A stretch of 52,772 bases of DNA from Macrostomum lignano (GCA_002269645.1 NIVC01004259.1:1-52772), one strand, 5' to 3'; positions 23,363 through 36,425 are shown, counted from the stretch's first letter. Notes: a model not told the origin generated them from the sequence alone. Program-made: numbers and translations.

Positions 23363-24500
23363 ACCCTCCTCTCTACCCTCCTCTCTACCCTCCTCTCTAC
23401 CCTCCTCTCTACCCTCCTCTCTACCCTCCTCTCTACCCTCCTCTCTACCCTCCTCTCTACCCTCCTCTCTACCCTCCTCTCTACCCTCCTCTCTACCCTC
23501 CTCTCTACCCTCCTCTCTACCCTCCTCTCTACCCTCCTCTCTACCCTCCTCTCTACCCTCCTCTCTACCCTCCTCTCTACCCTCCTCTCTACCCTCCTCT
23601 CTACCCTCCTCTCTACCCTCCTCTCTACCCTCCTCTCTACCCTCCTCTCTACCCTCCTCTCTACCCTCCTCTCTACCCTCCTCTCTACCCTCCTCTCTAC
23701 CCTCCTCTCTACCCTCCTCTCTACCCTCCTCTCTACCCTCCTCTCTACCCTCCTCTCTACCCTCCTCTCTACCCTCCTCTCTACCCTCCTCTCTACCCTC
23801 CTCTCTACCCTCCTCTCTACCCTCCTCTCTACCCTCCTCTCTACCCTCCTCTCTACCCTCCTCTCTACCCTCCTCTCTACCCTCCTCTCTACCCTCCTCT
23901 CTACCCTCCTCTCTACCCTCCTCTCTACCCTCCTCTCTACCCTCCTCTCTACCCTCCTCTCTACCCTCCTCTCTACCCTCCTCTCTACCCTCCTCTCTAC
24001 CCTCCTCTCACCCCACTCCACCCCTTCTCACCCCACTCTACCCCCTCTCACCCCACTCTACCCCCTCTCACCCCACTCTACCCCTCTCACCCCACTCTAC
24101 CCCCTCTAACCCCACTCTACCCCCTCTAACCCCACTCTACCCCCTCTCAATCCACTCTACCCCCTCTCAATCCACTCTACCCCCTCTCATCCCACTCTCA
24201 CCCCACTTTACCCCCTCTCACCCCACTCTACCTCTCACCCCACTGTACCCATTCTCAATCCACTCTCCCCCTCTCACCCATTCTACTCTCCTCTCACCCC
24301 ACTCTACCCCTTCTCACCCCACTCTACCCCTTCTCACCCCACTCTACCCCTTCTCACCCCACTCTACCCCCTCTCACACCACTCTACCCTCCTGTCATCA
24401 CCCACTCTACTCCCTCTTACCCACTCCTCTCATCCACTCTAGCTCATATCCCCCTCTTATCCACTCTACACTCTTCTCACTCAATCTACCCTCCTCTCAT
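23363..24500. repeat. 12-bp perfect repeat (ACCCTCCTCTCT) grading into a degenerate CCCCACTCTA/CCCCCTCTCA repeat
   Basis: Perfect to ~24008, then a diverged C-rich array. Confidence 0.96.
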
Positions 24501-25000
24501 CCTCCTCTCAGTCTCTCTCTGTCTACAGTCTACTGTCTCTCTGTCTCCCTCTCCACCGCATCTCTAACTAACCCACGGCTATCAGCCCTCTCCCTCTCTC
24601 ACACTCTCCTTTCCTCGTCATCTCTCGCCCCCTCCCTGCACCCCTGAGACTGTGAGTACTGCAAAGGCCGGCAGTGAGTCACAGGAATTTTGATGCCCCA
24701 GTTTTACTGCACCGATAAATAGGCGATGGACCGGTTTTGGTGGCTTTTATGCGCCAGTATCAGCGGTCTGTGACAAGTGGGAAAGTGTGAGTCAGTCAGC
24801 ACTGAATCTGACATGTAATATAGGTTTTATCGAACCTGAGTCATATTCCCAAAAATTAATTTTCGAGTCCCGCAGCATTCAAAAAACTTATATTGAATGA
24901 CTTTCTGCAAAGTTTAACAGGCACCAAGAATGACTAATATGTTAAGAAACTAATCTGCCATATTATAGCTAAAACTAAAGCCTACTTACATGTAGCTATT

Positions 25001-26305
25001 GAGCTACTAGACACTCAGCTACTGAGCTACTAAACACTCAGCTACTGAGCTACTAAGCACTCAGCTACTGAGCTACTAAACACTCAGCTACTGAGCTACT
25101 AGACACTCAGCTACTGAGCTACTAAACACTCAGCTACTGAGCTACTAAACACTCAGCTACTGAGCTACTAGACACTCAGCTACTGAGCTACTAGACACTC
25201 AGCTACTGAGCTACTAGACACTCAGCTACTGAGCTACTAGACACTCAGCTACTGAGCTACTAAACACTCAGCTACTGAGCTACTAAACACTCAGCTACTG
25301 AGCTACTAGACACTCAGCTACTGAGCTACTAGACACTCAGCTACTGAGCTACTAAACACTCAGCTACTGAGCTACTAAACACTCAGCTACTGAGCTACTA
25401 GACACTCAGCTACTGAGCTACTAAACACTCAGCTACTGAGCTACTAGACACTCAGCTACTGAGCTACTAAACACTCAGCTACTGAGCTACTAGACACTCA
25501 GCTACTGAGCTACTAAACACTCAGCTACTGAGCTACTAAACACTCAGCTACTGAGCTACTAGACACTCAGCTACTGAGCTACTAAACACTCAGCTACTGA
25601 GCTACTAGACACTCAGCTACTGAGCTACTAGACACTCAGCTACTGAGCTAATAAACACTCAGCTACTGAGCTACTAAACACTCAGCTACTGAGCTACTAG
25701 ACACTCAGCTACTGAGCTACTAAACACTCAGCTACTGAGCTACTAGACACTCAGCTACTGAGCTACTAAACACTCAGCTACTGAGCTAATAAACACTCAG
25801 CTACTGAGCTACTAAACACTCAGCTACTGAGCTACTAAACACTCAGCTACTGAGCTACTAGACACTCAGCTACTGAGCTACTAGACACTCAGCTACTGAG
25901 CTACTAAACACTCAGCTACTGAGCTACTAAACACTCAGCTACTGAGCTACTAGACACTCAGCTACTGAGCTACTAGACACTCAGCTACTGAGCTACTAAA
26001 CACTCAGCTACTGAGCTACTAAACACTCAGCTACTGAGCTACTAGACACTCAGCTACTGAGCTACTAGACACTCAGCTACTGAGCTACTAAACACTCAGC
26101 TACTGAGCTACTAGACACTCAGCTACTGAGCTACTAAACACTCAGCTACTGAGCTACTAGACACTCAGCTACTGAGCTACTAAACACTCAGCTACTGAGC
26201 TACTAGACACTCAGCTACTGAGCTACTAAACACTCAGCTACTGAGCTACTAAACACTCAGCTACTGAGCTACTAGACACTCAGCTACTGAGCTACTAAGC
26301 ACTCA
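25001..26305. repeat. 23-bp minisatellite (GAGCTACTA(A/G)ACACTCAGCTACT)
   Basis: About 57 units, mostly two variants. Confidence 0.97.
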
Positions 26306-26620
26306 GTCTTTTGAGCTGAAATTAAATCCGAAAATTCGTCTCACCTACATATTGAATAGATTTCCTAAAGATTAAGAAATCTGAGCACAGAAAAGCATAC
26401 AGTAGCAAGGTTAAGAAAGAGCCCAAAAAAGCGAGAAAGCGCGGGAAAGCTGGCAGCAGATTCTCCGTACGCAGAAGTAAAGGGCTAATTAGTACCCAGC
26501 CACGCCGGACCCTCTGAGGCTTCTGCAGTCAACACCGAGGGCTTGGTGCTGCAAGTGTCATAAAGGTTTTATGTTGGTCCATATAAAATTTACAGCCTTA
26601 CAGCCCACTCACCCACCACC

Positions 26621-26623
<3 letters not shown>

Positions 26624-26667
<44 letters not shown>
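26624..26667. repeat. (CT)n microsatellite
   Basis: Dinucleotide run. Confidence 0.95.
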
Positions 26668-26670
<3 letters not shown>

Positions 26671-26974
26671 CACTTTAGTTTGTGTCTCAAAGATTTTCCA
26701 AGCCAAGATGGAAAAGTTGCCAGTAAAACGCCTTAAATGACTGAGAGAAAGCTGATTTCAGACTATAGTTGCTTAGCTCTCGTAAAAATAGAGAGTTGTA
26801 TTCATATGGAAATTCATTTATATTGTTTCTGCTGGGCATTGTGGGCCTAGGGAAAGTGGCGCAGTCTCGTGTATGCTTTATAATAACTTTATCTGATGGA
26901 AAAGCAATATGTGATCTCAAACTATAGTCATGGGTTGAGTCCTGGGCAGTAGCAGACAAATAAGAGCAGGCAGA

Positions 26975-27690
26975 TAGGCAGATAAGCCATGCAGGCGGAT
27001 AAGCCAGATACGAGCGTAGATAAGCAGACAAGCTAGGCAGTTGAGTCGGACAGATAAGTAAACAAAGTAAGCAGATGAGTGGAATAAGATAAGCTTGGCA
27101 GATTGCTGGGCAGATAAGCCAGACAGATGAGGCAGGCCGATAAGCTAGGCGGATAAGCTAGGCAGATAAGCCAGGCAGATGAGCCAGGCAGATAAGCCAG
27201 GAAGATAAGCCAGGCAAATGAGCCAGGCAGATAAGCCAGGAAGATAAGCCAGGCAAATGAGCCAGGCAGATAAGCCAGGCAGATAAGCCAGGCAGATGAG
27301 CCAGGCAGATAAGCCAGGAAGATAAGCCAGGCAGATAAGCCAGGCAGATAAGCTTGGCAGATAAGCTAGGAGGATAATCCAGGCGGATAAGTTAGGCAGA
27401 TAAGCCAGGAGGATAATCCAGGCGGATAAGTTAGGCAGATAAGCTAGGAGGATAATCCAGGCGGATAAGTTAGGCAGATAAGCCAGGAGGATAATCCAGG
27501 CGGATAAGTTAGGCAGATAAGCCAGGAGGATAATCCAGGCGGATAAGTTAGGCAGATAAGCCAGGCAGATAAGCTTGGCAGATAAGCCAGGAGGATAAGC
27601 CAGGCGGATAAGTTAGGCAGATAAGCCAGGCAGATAAGTTAGGCAGATAAGCTCGGCAGATAAGCTAGGAGGATAAGCCATGAAGATAAG
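26975..27690. repeat. ~13-bp minisatellite (GGCAGATAAGCCA)
   Basis: Tandem units with 26/39-bp higher-order variants. Confidence 0.9.
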
Positions 27691-28194
27691 CGATACATAT
27701 CGGTATAGTTACCCTGGTCAGTCCGCCAGCGCAGAGTCCCGGCAGCAGGATGAGCAGAAGTACACCAGTCGGCCACATCAGCTGGTTGATTAGGGAAAGG
27801 TGAATATTGAAAGAAAAGTTTCTTCAAAGCCCAAAAGCAAACGCAGCAAAAGGCAAGACAGACAGGCAGTGCCGGAGCCAGTTTACTGCGCGTCTTCTTA
27901 TACTACCAAAGTTTTCAACTTTTAGTCCGCGTATCAAACAGATTCGCCGCCCGCGAGACGTTGGTCGCGCTTCTATGCGACCAACGGGGGTGGCGCCCGA
28001 TTCTTCACAGGCCCAAAACTGCCCGACGCCTGATAGGAGGGCCCGGGAATTGCCGATTGGGCCGCTATAATAAATCTTAGCCAAAGATTTGGCCAAGACC
28101 AATGAATGTCTGCTACACTTATTGGCTGTGCGGCTACAGCATAGTTTGCTCCGGTGTCTGTCAGTCAAAGTAGTGCTCTTTTAGAATAGTCTGT

Positions 28195-31100
28195 CATTTA
28201 GTCTGCCATAGTGTCAGTCATAGTGTCAGTCATAGTGTCAGTCATAGTGTCAGTCATTTAGTCTGCCATAGTGTCAGTCATTTAGTCTGCCATAGTGTCA
28301 GTCATAGTGTCAGTCTGTCATAGTGTCAGTCATAGTGTCAGTCATAGTGTCAGTCATTTAGTCTGCCCATAGTATCAGTCATAGTGTCAGTCATAGTGTC
28401 AGTCATAGTGTCAGTCATAGTGTCTGCCATAGTGTCAGTCATAGTGTCAGTCATAGTGTCAGTCATAGAGTCAGTCATAGTGTCAGTCATAGTGTCAGTC
28501 ATAGTGTCAGTCATAGTGTCAGTCATAGTGTCAGTCATTTAGTCTGCCATAGTGTCAGTCATTTAGTCTGCCATAGTGTCAGTCATTTAGTCTGCCATAG
28601 TGTCAGTCATAGTGTCAGTCATAGTGTCAGCCATAGTGTCAGTCATTTAGTCTGCCATAGTGTCAGTCATTTAGTATGCCATAGTGTCAGTCATTTAGTC
28701 TGCCATAGTGTCAGTCATTTAGTCTGCCATAGTGTCAGTCATTTAGTCTGCCATAGTGTCAGTCATTTAGTCTGCCATAGTGTCAGTCATTTAGTCTGCC
28801 ATAGTGTCAGTCATTTAGTCTGCCATAGTGTCAGTCATAGTGTCAGTCATTTAGTCTGCCATACTGTCAGTCATAGTGTCAGTCATTTAGTCTGCCCATA
28901 CTATCAGTCATAGTGTCAGTCATAGTGTCAGTCATAGTGTCAGTCATAGTGTCAGTCATAGTGTCAGTCATAGTGTCAGTCATAGTGTCAGTCATAGTGT
29001 CAGTCATAGTGTCAGTCATAGTGTCAGTCATAGTGTCAGTCATAGTGTCAGTCATAGTGTCAGTCATAGTGTCAGTCATTTAGTCTGTCACAGTGTCAGT
29101 CATTTAGTCTGCCATAGTGTCAGTCATAGTGTCAGTCATTTAGTCTGCCATAGTGTCAGTCATAGTGTCAGTCATAGTGTCAGTCATAGTGTCAGTCATA
29201 GTGTGTGTCAGTCATAGTGTCAGTCATTTAGTCTGCCATAGTGTCAGTCATTTAGTCTGCCATAGTGTCAGTCATTTAGTCTGCCATACTGTCAGTCATA
29301 GTGTCAGTCATTTAGTCTGCCATAGTGTCAGTCATTTAGTCTGCCATACTGTCAGTCATAGTGTCAGTCATTTAGTCTGCCATAGTGTCAGTCATTTAGT
29401 CTGCCATACTGTCAGTCATAGTGTCAGTCATTTAGTCCGCCCATACTATCAGTCATAGTGTCAGTCATAGTGTCAGTCATAGTGTCAGTCATAGTGTCAG
29501 TCATAGTGTCAGTCATAGTGTCAGTCATAGTGTCAGTCATAGTGTCAGTCATTTAGTCTGCCATAGTGTCAGTCATTTAGTATGCCATAGTGTCAGTCAT
29601 AGTGTCAGTCATTTAGTCTGTCATAGTGTCAGTCATTTAATCTGCCATAGTGTCAGTCATAGTGTCAGTCATTTAGTCTGCCATAGTGTCAGTCATTTAG
29701 TATGCCATAGTGTCAGTCATAGTGTCAGTCATTTAGTCTGTCATAGTGTCAGTCATTTAATCTGCCATAGTGTCAGTCATAGTGTCAGTCATAGTGTCAG
29801 TCATAGTGTGTCAGTCATAGTGTCAGTCATAGTGTCAGTCAGAGTGTAAGTCTTAGAGTCTGTCATAGTGTCTGTCATAGAGTCAGTCATTGTCAGTGTT
29901 ATATAAAGTCAGTGTCGGTTATAGTGTCGGTTATGTTGTCAGCCATAGTGTCAGTCATTTAGTATGCCATAGTGTCAGTCATTTAGTCTGCCATAGTGTC
30001 AGTCATTTAGTCTGCCATAGTGTCAGTCATTTAGTCCGCCATAGTGTCAGTCATTTAGTCTGCCATAGTGTCAGTCATAGTGTCAGTCATAGTGTCAGTC
30101 ATTTAGTCTGCCATAGTGTCAGTCATTTAGTCTGCCATACTGTCAGTCATAGTGTCAGTCATTTAGTCTGCCCATACTATCAGTCATAGTGTCAGTCATA
30201 GTGTCAGTCATAGTGTCAGTCATAGTGTCAGTCATAGTGTCAGTCATAGTGTCAGTCATAGTGTCAGTCATAGTGTCAGTCATAGTGTGTCAGTCATAGT
30301 GTCAGTCATAGTGTCAGTCATTTAGTCTGCCATAGTGTCAGTCATTTAGTATGCCATAGTGTCAGTCATAGTGTCAGTCATTTAGTCTGTCATAGTGTCA
30401 GTCATTTAGTCTGCCATAGTGTCAGTCATAGTGTCAGTCATAGTGTCAGTCATAGTGTCAGTCATAGTGTGTGTCAGTCATAGTGTCAGTCATTTAGTCT
30501 GCCATAGTGTCAGTCATTTAGTCTGCCATAGTGTCAGTCATAGTGTCAGTCATTTTGTCTGCCCATACTATCAGTCATAGTGTCAGTCATAGTGTCAGTC
30601 ATAGTGTCAGTCATAGTGTCAGTCATAGTGTCAGTCATAGTGTCAGTCATAGTGTTGTCATAGTGTCAGTCATTTAGTCTGCCATAGTGTCAGTCATTTA
30701 GTATGCCATAGTGTCAGTCATAGTGTCAGTCATTTAGTCTGTCATAGTGTCAGTCATTTAATCTGCCATAGTGTCAGTCATAGTGTCAGTCATAGTGTCA
30801 GTCATAGTGTGTCAGTCATAGTGTCAGTCATAGTGTCAGTCAGAGTGTAAGTCTTAGAGTCTGTCATAGTGTCTGTCATAGAGTCAGTCATTGTCAGTGT
30901 TATATAAAGTCAGTGTCGGTTATAGTGTCGGTTATGTTGTCAGCCATAGTGTCAGTCATTTAGTATGCCATAGTGTCAGTCATTTAGTCTGCCATAGTGT
31001 CAGTCATTTAGTCTGCCATAGTGTCAGTCATTTAGTCCGCCATAGTGTCTGCCATAGTGTCTGTCACAGTGTCAGTCATTGAATCTGCCATAGTGTCAGT

Positions 31101-31485
31101 CATAGTGTCAGTCATAGTGTCAGTCATTTAGTTTGCCATACTGTCAGTCATTTAGTCTGCCATAGTGTCTGTCACAGTGTCAGTCATTGAGTCTGCCATA
31201 GTGTCAGTCATAGTGTCAGTCATAGTGTCAGTCATTTAGTTTGCCATACTGTCAGTCATTTAGTCTGCCATAGTGTCTGTCACAGTGTCAGTCATTGAGT
31301 CTGCCATAGTGTCAGTCATAGTGTCAGTCATTTAGTTTGCCATACTGTCAGTCATTGAGTCTGCCATAGTGTCTGTCACAGTGTCAGTCATTGAGTCTGC
31401 CATAGTGTCTGTCACAGTGTCAGTCATTGAGTCTGTCACAGTGTCAGTCACAGTGTCAGTCATTGAGTCTGCCATAGTGTCAGTC
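28195..31485. repeat. 12/24-bp minisatellite (GTCAGTCATAGT / GTCAGTCATTTAGTCTGCCATAGT)
   Basis: 3.3-kb array containing an internal ~1-kb duplication. Confidence 0.96.
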
Positions 31486-33874
31486 GGTCGTTGAAGTGCC
31501 CGATGTACAGTAATCTTCCATAGCTTCTGTACTGCCCTTGGGGTCGATGGGAATTTCGTCCTGTTTTATGCAAATAAAAGTGAAGTAAAATTTTCAAAAT
31601 TTATTACAGCGCAACGAGAAGACCTGCGAGGCTGCTCTGAAATTCCGTCTCTAGAAATGTATCGAGTTGCATTCGCTACAGCTCGGGCCATTGCCCCACA
31701 TAATTCCTCCTGATCCTCGTTGGATTTTTTGGTAAAATTGGTAAAAATTGAGAGTCAGGGGCTGCGTGTGGACGGCTGCATGCAGACTTGCTTTAAGTGG
31801 TCCAAAGGAACAGCGTGAAAAACTATACGAAGCTATACAGTGCTGAAACCTCCGTGTTTAAAGCTCCCGTGTTTTGGAAGTGACTAGCTTCGTGTTTAAA
31901 GACTGACTGCATCAGTGTTTAAAGCTCCCGTGTTTTGGAAGTGACTAGCTTCGTGTTTAAAGAGTGACTGCATCAGTGTTTAAAGAGTGACTACATCAGT
32001 GTTTAAAGAGTGACTGCATCAGTGTTTAAAGAGTGACTGCATCAGTGTTTAAAGAGTGACTGCATCAGTGTTTAAAGAGTGACTGCATCAGTGTTTAAAG
32101 AGTGACTGCATCAGTGTTTAAAGACTGACTGCATCAGTGTTTAAAGAGTGACTGCATCAGTGTTTAAAGAGTGACTACATCAGTGTTTAAAGAGTGACTG
32201 CATCAGTGTTTAAAGAGTGACTGCATCAGTGTTTAAAGAGTGACTGCATCAGTGTTTAAAGAGTGACTGCATCAGTGTTTAAAGAGTGACTGCATCAGTG
32301 TTTAAAGACTGACTGCATCAGTGTTTAAAGAGTGACTGCATCAGTGTTTAAAGAGTGACTGCATCAGTGTTTAAAGACTGACTGCATCAGTGTTTAAAGA
32401 GTGACTGCATCAGTGTTTAAAGAGTGACTGCATCAGTGTTTAAAGAGTGACTGCATCAGTGTTTAAAGAGTGACTGCATCAGTGTTTAAAGAGTGACTGC
32501 ATCAGTGTTTAAAGAGTGACTGCATCAGTGTTTAAAGAGTAATTGCGTCAGTGTTTGAAGAGTGACTGCATCAGTGTTTAAAGAGTGACTACATCAGTGT
32601 TTAAAGAGTGACTGCATCAGTGTTTAAAGAGTGACTGCATCAGTGTTTAAAGAGTGACTGCATCAGTGTTTAAAGAGTGACTGCATCAGTGTTTAAAGAG
32701 TGACTGCATCAGTGTTTAAAGACTGACTGCATCAGTGTTTAAAGAGTGACTGCATCAGTGTTTAAAGAGTGACTGCATCAGTGTTTAAAGACTGACTGCA
32801 TCAGTGTTTAAAGAGTGACTGCATCAGTGTTTAAAGAGTGACTGCATCAGTGTTTAAAGAGTGACTGCATCAGTGTTTAAAGAGTGACTGCATCAGTGTT
32901 TAAAGACTGACTGCATCAGTGTTTAAAGAGTGACTGCATCAGTGTTTAAAGAGTGACTGCATCAGTGTTTAAAGAGTGACTAGTCCTTTGATCAGCTGGT
33001 TCCGTGTCAGCTCAAGGGAAAACGGTTTTCATGCTTCAAGAATGACCTACAAGGCAGATTTCTGGCAATCCAAATTACCCAGCCCTCAGAAACAAGAGGC
33101 CAATAAAAAGTTACAAAAGAGAGCAAAAGTAGGTCAGGGAAATCGCATTTTTACAAAAGCAATTTAAGCGGCAATTCTGCAAGCTTAATAAAAAGACATT
33201 ACTGTTTTACGTCATTAGTTCTTTCTGTGTTTTCTTCTTCTTTTATGCCCTACCATTAGGAGGCGTCTTCATTCTTTATTTCTGTTTCCCACTTAAAAAA
33301 AACTCGCGTCGCTCTGCTTGCGGATTCTTCCTGGTAACTTTTGTTACTTTTTGCAATTTCTGCGCGCATCTCTGCCGAAGGTGCGCCGGCTCGGGAGACG
33401 CGGAATTGAGACATTAAAAAGTAGCTAGTAGTTGCCGCGGCCCCAGTTAGCGACCAGAAAATGCGCGCCTGCCGCCTCCGCGGTCCCTGTCGGCCTGGAA
33501 GCCGGGGACTTCTAAATCAATTCAGCATCTGGAATGGAAACTTGCAGTTTGGTTCAACAGAGTTTTTAAATAATTATTTAGTTATTCTAAGCCTAGAGCG
33601 TGTATGAGTGTGTGCCTGTGTACAGTATGGGCGCGCTTGTGTGCTCAGGGGTCAAGAGGAATGGCCAGAATTGCCTCACCGCTGTGTGTTGCGCCAGGGT
33701 GCCAAGGGATGCGGTGGCCATAAAAAACTGCTTTTAGAAGTTTCCCATTCCAGATATCTGAATTGTAGATCTCCATGCACGGGCCTATTATTGTTCATTG
33801 CGAAATTCGATGCAAGTGTAGCCATCTTCGTGCCGTCCTACCTTCGAGGCCCCGCCGCCACCGCTGCCGCCCAT
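31480..33874 (-). CDS. Candidate two-exon fragment of an unknown gene (MGGSGGGGASK|DEIPIDPKGSTEAMEDY...)
   Basis: Exon 33917-33842 (acceptor ttattatcttcttccag, ATG at 33874, donor AAG|gtagga) joins in phase 0 to the acceptor cttttatttgcataaaacag|GAC at 31560. No recognisable domain. Confidence 0.3.
31852..32980. repeat. 23-bp minisatellite (AGTGACTGCATCAGTGTTTAAAG)
   Basis: About 47 units preceded by two longer variant units. Confidence 0.96.
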
Positions 33875-34096
33875 AATTCAGGCCATTGTCCCAGACGGGT
33901 GAAGAGGCCAAGACATGCTGGAAGAAGATAATAAAAACTGCGGCATTCTTACAGCCAGAGGCTGAGATTTTTTATTGCTCTGAGGGGAATGCCTTGCGTT
34001 GAACGCAAATCGCTTTCTTTGACAATGGAGAAAGCGATTGCGGCTGGGTTTTTTTAGCCCACCAGCTCTGGAGCAGCTCGGAGAAGAAAGAACTGG

Positions 34097-34383
34097 ATTC
34101 TGGGGCGGTTTTGGGGTGATTCTGGGGCGGTTTTGGGGTGATTCTGGGGCGGTTTCGGGGTGATTCTGGGGCGGTTTCGGGGTGATTCTGGGGCGGTTTC
34201 GGGGTGATTCTGGGGCGGTTTCGGGGTGATTCTGGGGCGGTTTCGGGGTGATTCTGGGGCGGTTTCGGGGTGATTCTGGGGCGGTTTCGGGGTGATTCTG
34301 GGGCGGTTTCGGGGTGATTCTGGGCGGTTTGGGGTGATTCTGGGGCGGTTTTGGGGTGATTCTGGGGCGGTTTTGAGTGATTT
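34097..34383. repeat. 22-bp G-rich minisatellite (TTCTGGGGCGGTTTCGGGGTGA)
   Basis: About 13 units. Confidence 0.95.
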
Positions 34384-36425
34384 TCAAACTCTCATTCAAT
34401 TTCAACTGACAGTTTACAGAACAGGAATTATTTCGGTGCTGCCTAAATTAATAAAATTATAAGAAATCGATTGCTCTTAGTTAGAAATTGAATGCAAAAG
34501 ATCTAATGCTGAGGGTTGCCCCCGCGGAGGGATTTGGCCATAGACTATAGCAAAAAGCCTGCACAGAGAAAGGTTGAATCTTGAGCTTAAAAGTTAAACC
34601 CCGCGCGCTGAGAAGGGTGTTAGCAAATCCACCATATAGTCTATACTAAAGATCGCAGCAACAGAAGAACTAGTGCAACAGTTGAGCTTAGAACTTGGCA
34701 AGCGAGAACAACTGCATCGTCTTCTTCAGTAGGGGTAAGCACAGCTACCAACTAATTGGAATTGTCGTGTCTTTTTACATCTGCTTCTCGTTGGGAATTA
34801 CAAGTTTTGGGGATTATTTTCTCATAGAAAGGCTTTAAATCTAAGAAGTATTTTATCAGAAACAGCCTCTCAGCTACCTGAAAGTTTAACTAAAATCATA
34901 AGCCGATTCAAATTTCAACTCGATCCCATCATGAAGCCCTAGTAACCATCTGCCTGCGAACTTCATAATCGCAATGCGGGTGTTTTTAAAGACCAAGTTT
35001 TGATACATGAGATTCAGGACTCACTGTTTCGATAAGCTCATCCAAATGGTTTTTACTTCAATGCCACAGACTTCAAGTCACCCTAATATGCAGTGCTAAG
35101 TTTAAATGACTCTGCTTTTTGTGGTGGTTGCTCTTTGGATGAGATAGATTGCTCGTAGGCTGACTTTGATTTTAAAAAGAGAACCATATATTCGAATAGG
35201 GGACCTTTTTTTGCTGATTCTCTAGGCTAAAAGGAAAAGAAAGAAGCCGATATTTTTTCTGTGGCAAAGCTAGAAATTGCTAGGAAGAAATGTTTGTTTG
35301 AAAGTTTTTTATTTTGTTTTTCATTTACTTAGTTTATGCAAGTTAGTCGGAAAAAATAACTTGGTGAGAACTTAAAGGAGGGACTACTATTAAATTCCGG
35401 CAGCCAATAAAATTCGTGGGGGGAATATCCCAATTTTTAGGGTCTTGGCCATAGACTCGCTTTCAGATGAGCGACCCTTTCTATTCCTTATCCATGGTTA
35501 GAATAAGAAAACCAATGCTAGCAAACTGGAGCTACGGCTCTTGGGGAGATGTGTTGGCTCAGGTTTGGCCATAGACTATTTTAGCGTGACAGAGAGAATC
35601 CTTCACCTTCTAGTCTACAAAGAAAGAAGCACCGGCCCAGCCTGTACAGTCTACAATTTGAAATCAGCTCTGGAACTTTTGCCATAGACTATTTTACTTG
35701 GTAAAACGCGAAAGCGAACCAAATTGAGACCCAATCAGAATTAACTCCTCCATTTGTCTATGGCTTAAACCGTCATTCTCGATAAGCAAACCCGCATAGA
35801 AAATGGAAGCCATATTCCTAAGATTTGCAGCCAAACTATTTTATTTGTTTAACTGCAAAATTTCTCTGACAATCCAATATACTAAAAATGGTCTGTCGGT
35901 ATGTGTGTGTGTGTATGTGTGTGTGTGTGATCGATTTTAGCAAAAACGGCTCAACCGATTTTCTTCGAACTTGCACTGTTCGATCAGAAATTTTCCCGTG
36001 ACAGTACATGCATCGTGGCTAAGAAATTGCTTGATGCTAAAGGGATTAAATATTCGAAAAACATGCTTTTTTGCAAAGGTCAAGCAGCTCTTTCGACTTG
36101 AAATGCATCGTAAGAATGCTAGCAGAAAAACTGACTGGTTGAATTCTGATTCTGAAATAGATTGCATCACAATACACTTTATTTATCGTCTGTGTACTGG
36201 CTGAATTTGACACTCAATTGAATTGCGTCACAGCTTTGAGTGTGAAAGCATAGCGCAGTACTGAATTTATATTACGTAACCATATTGTAAACTTTCATAG
36301 ACACTGGTACTGACTTGCCTAAGAAATTGATTATGTCATAACTGCTTCGCGTGACTTTTTACTCTACCTGACTTGGTGTGAGTGTTGAATTATATAAGTG
36401 GTACAACATCACTGATAACTTCGAT

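Noticed and set aside
21755-24647. GSGSGIGIWDRDL, PSSL and VERR repeat ORFs
   Set aside because: Perfect 13- and 12-bp tandem repeats open in several frames with no unique domain.
27640-28170. ORFs at 27.6-28.2 kb as exons of the candidate second gene
   Set aside because: No frame had both convincing splice signals and a recognisable motif.
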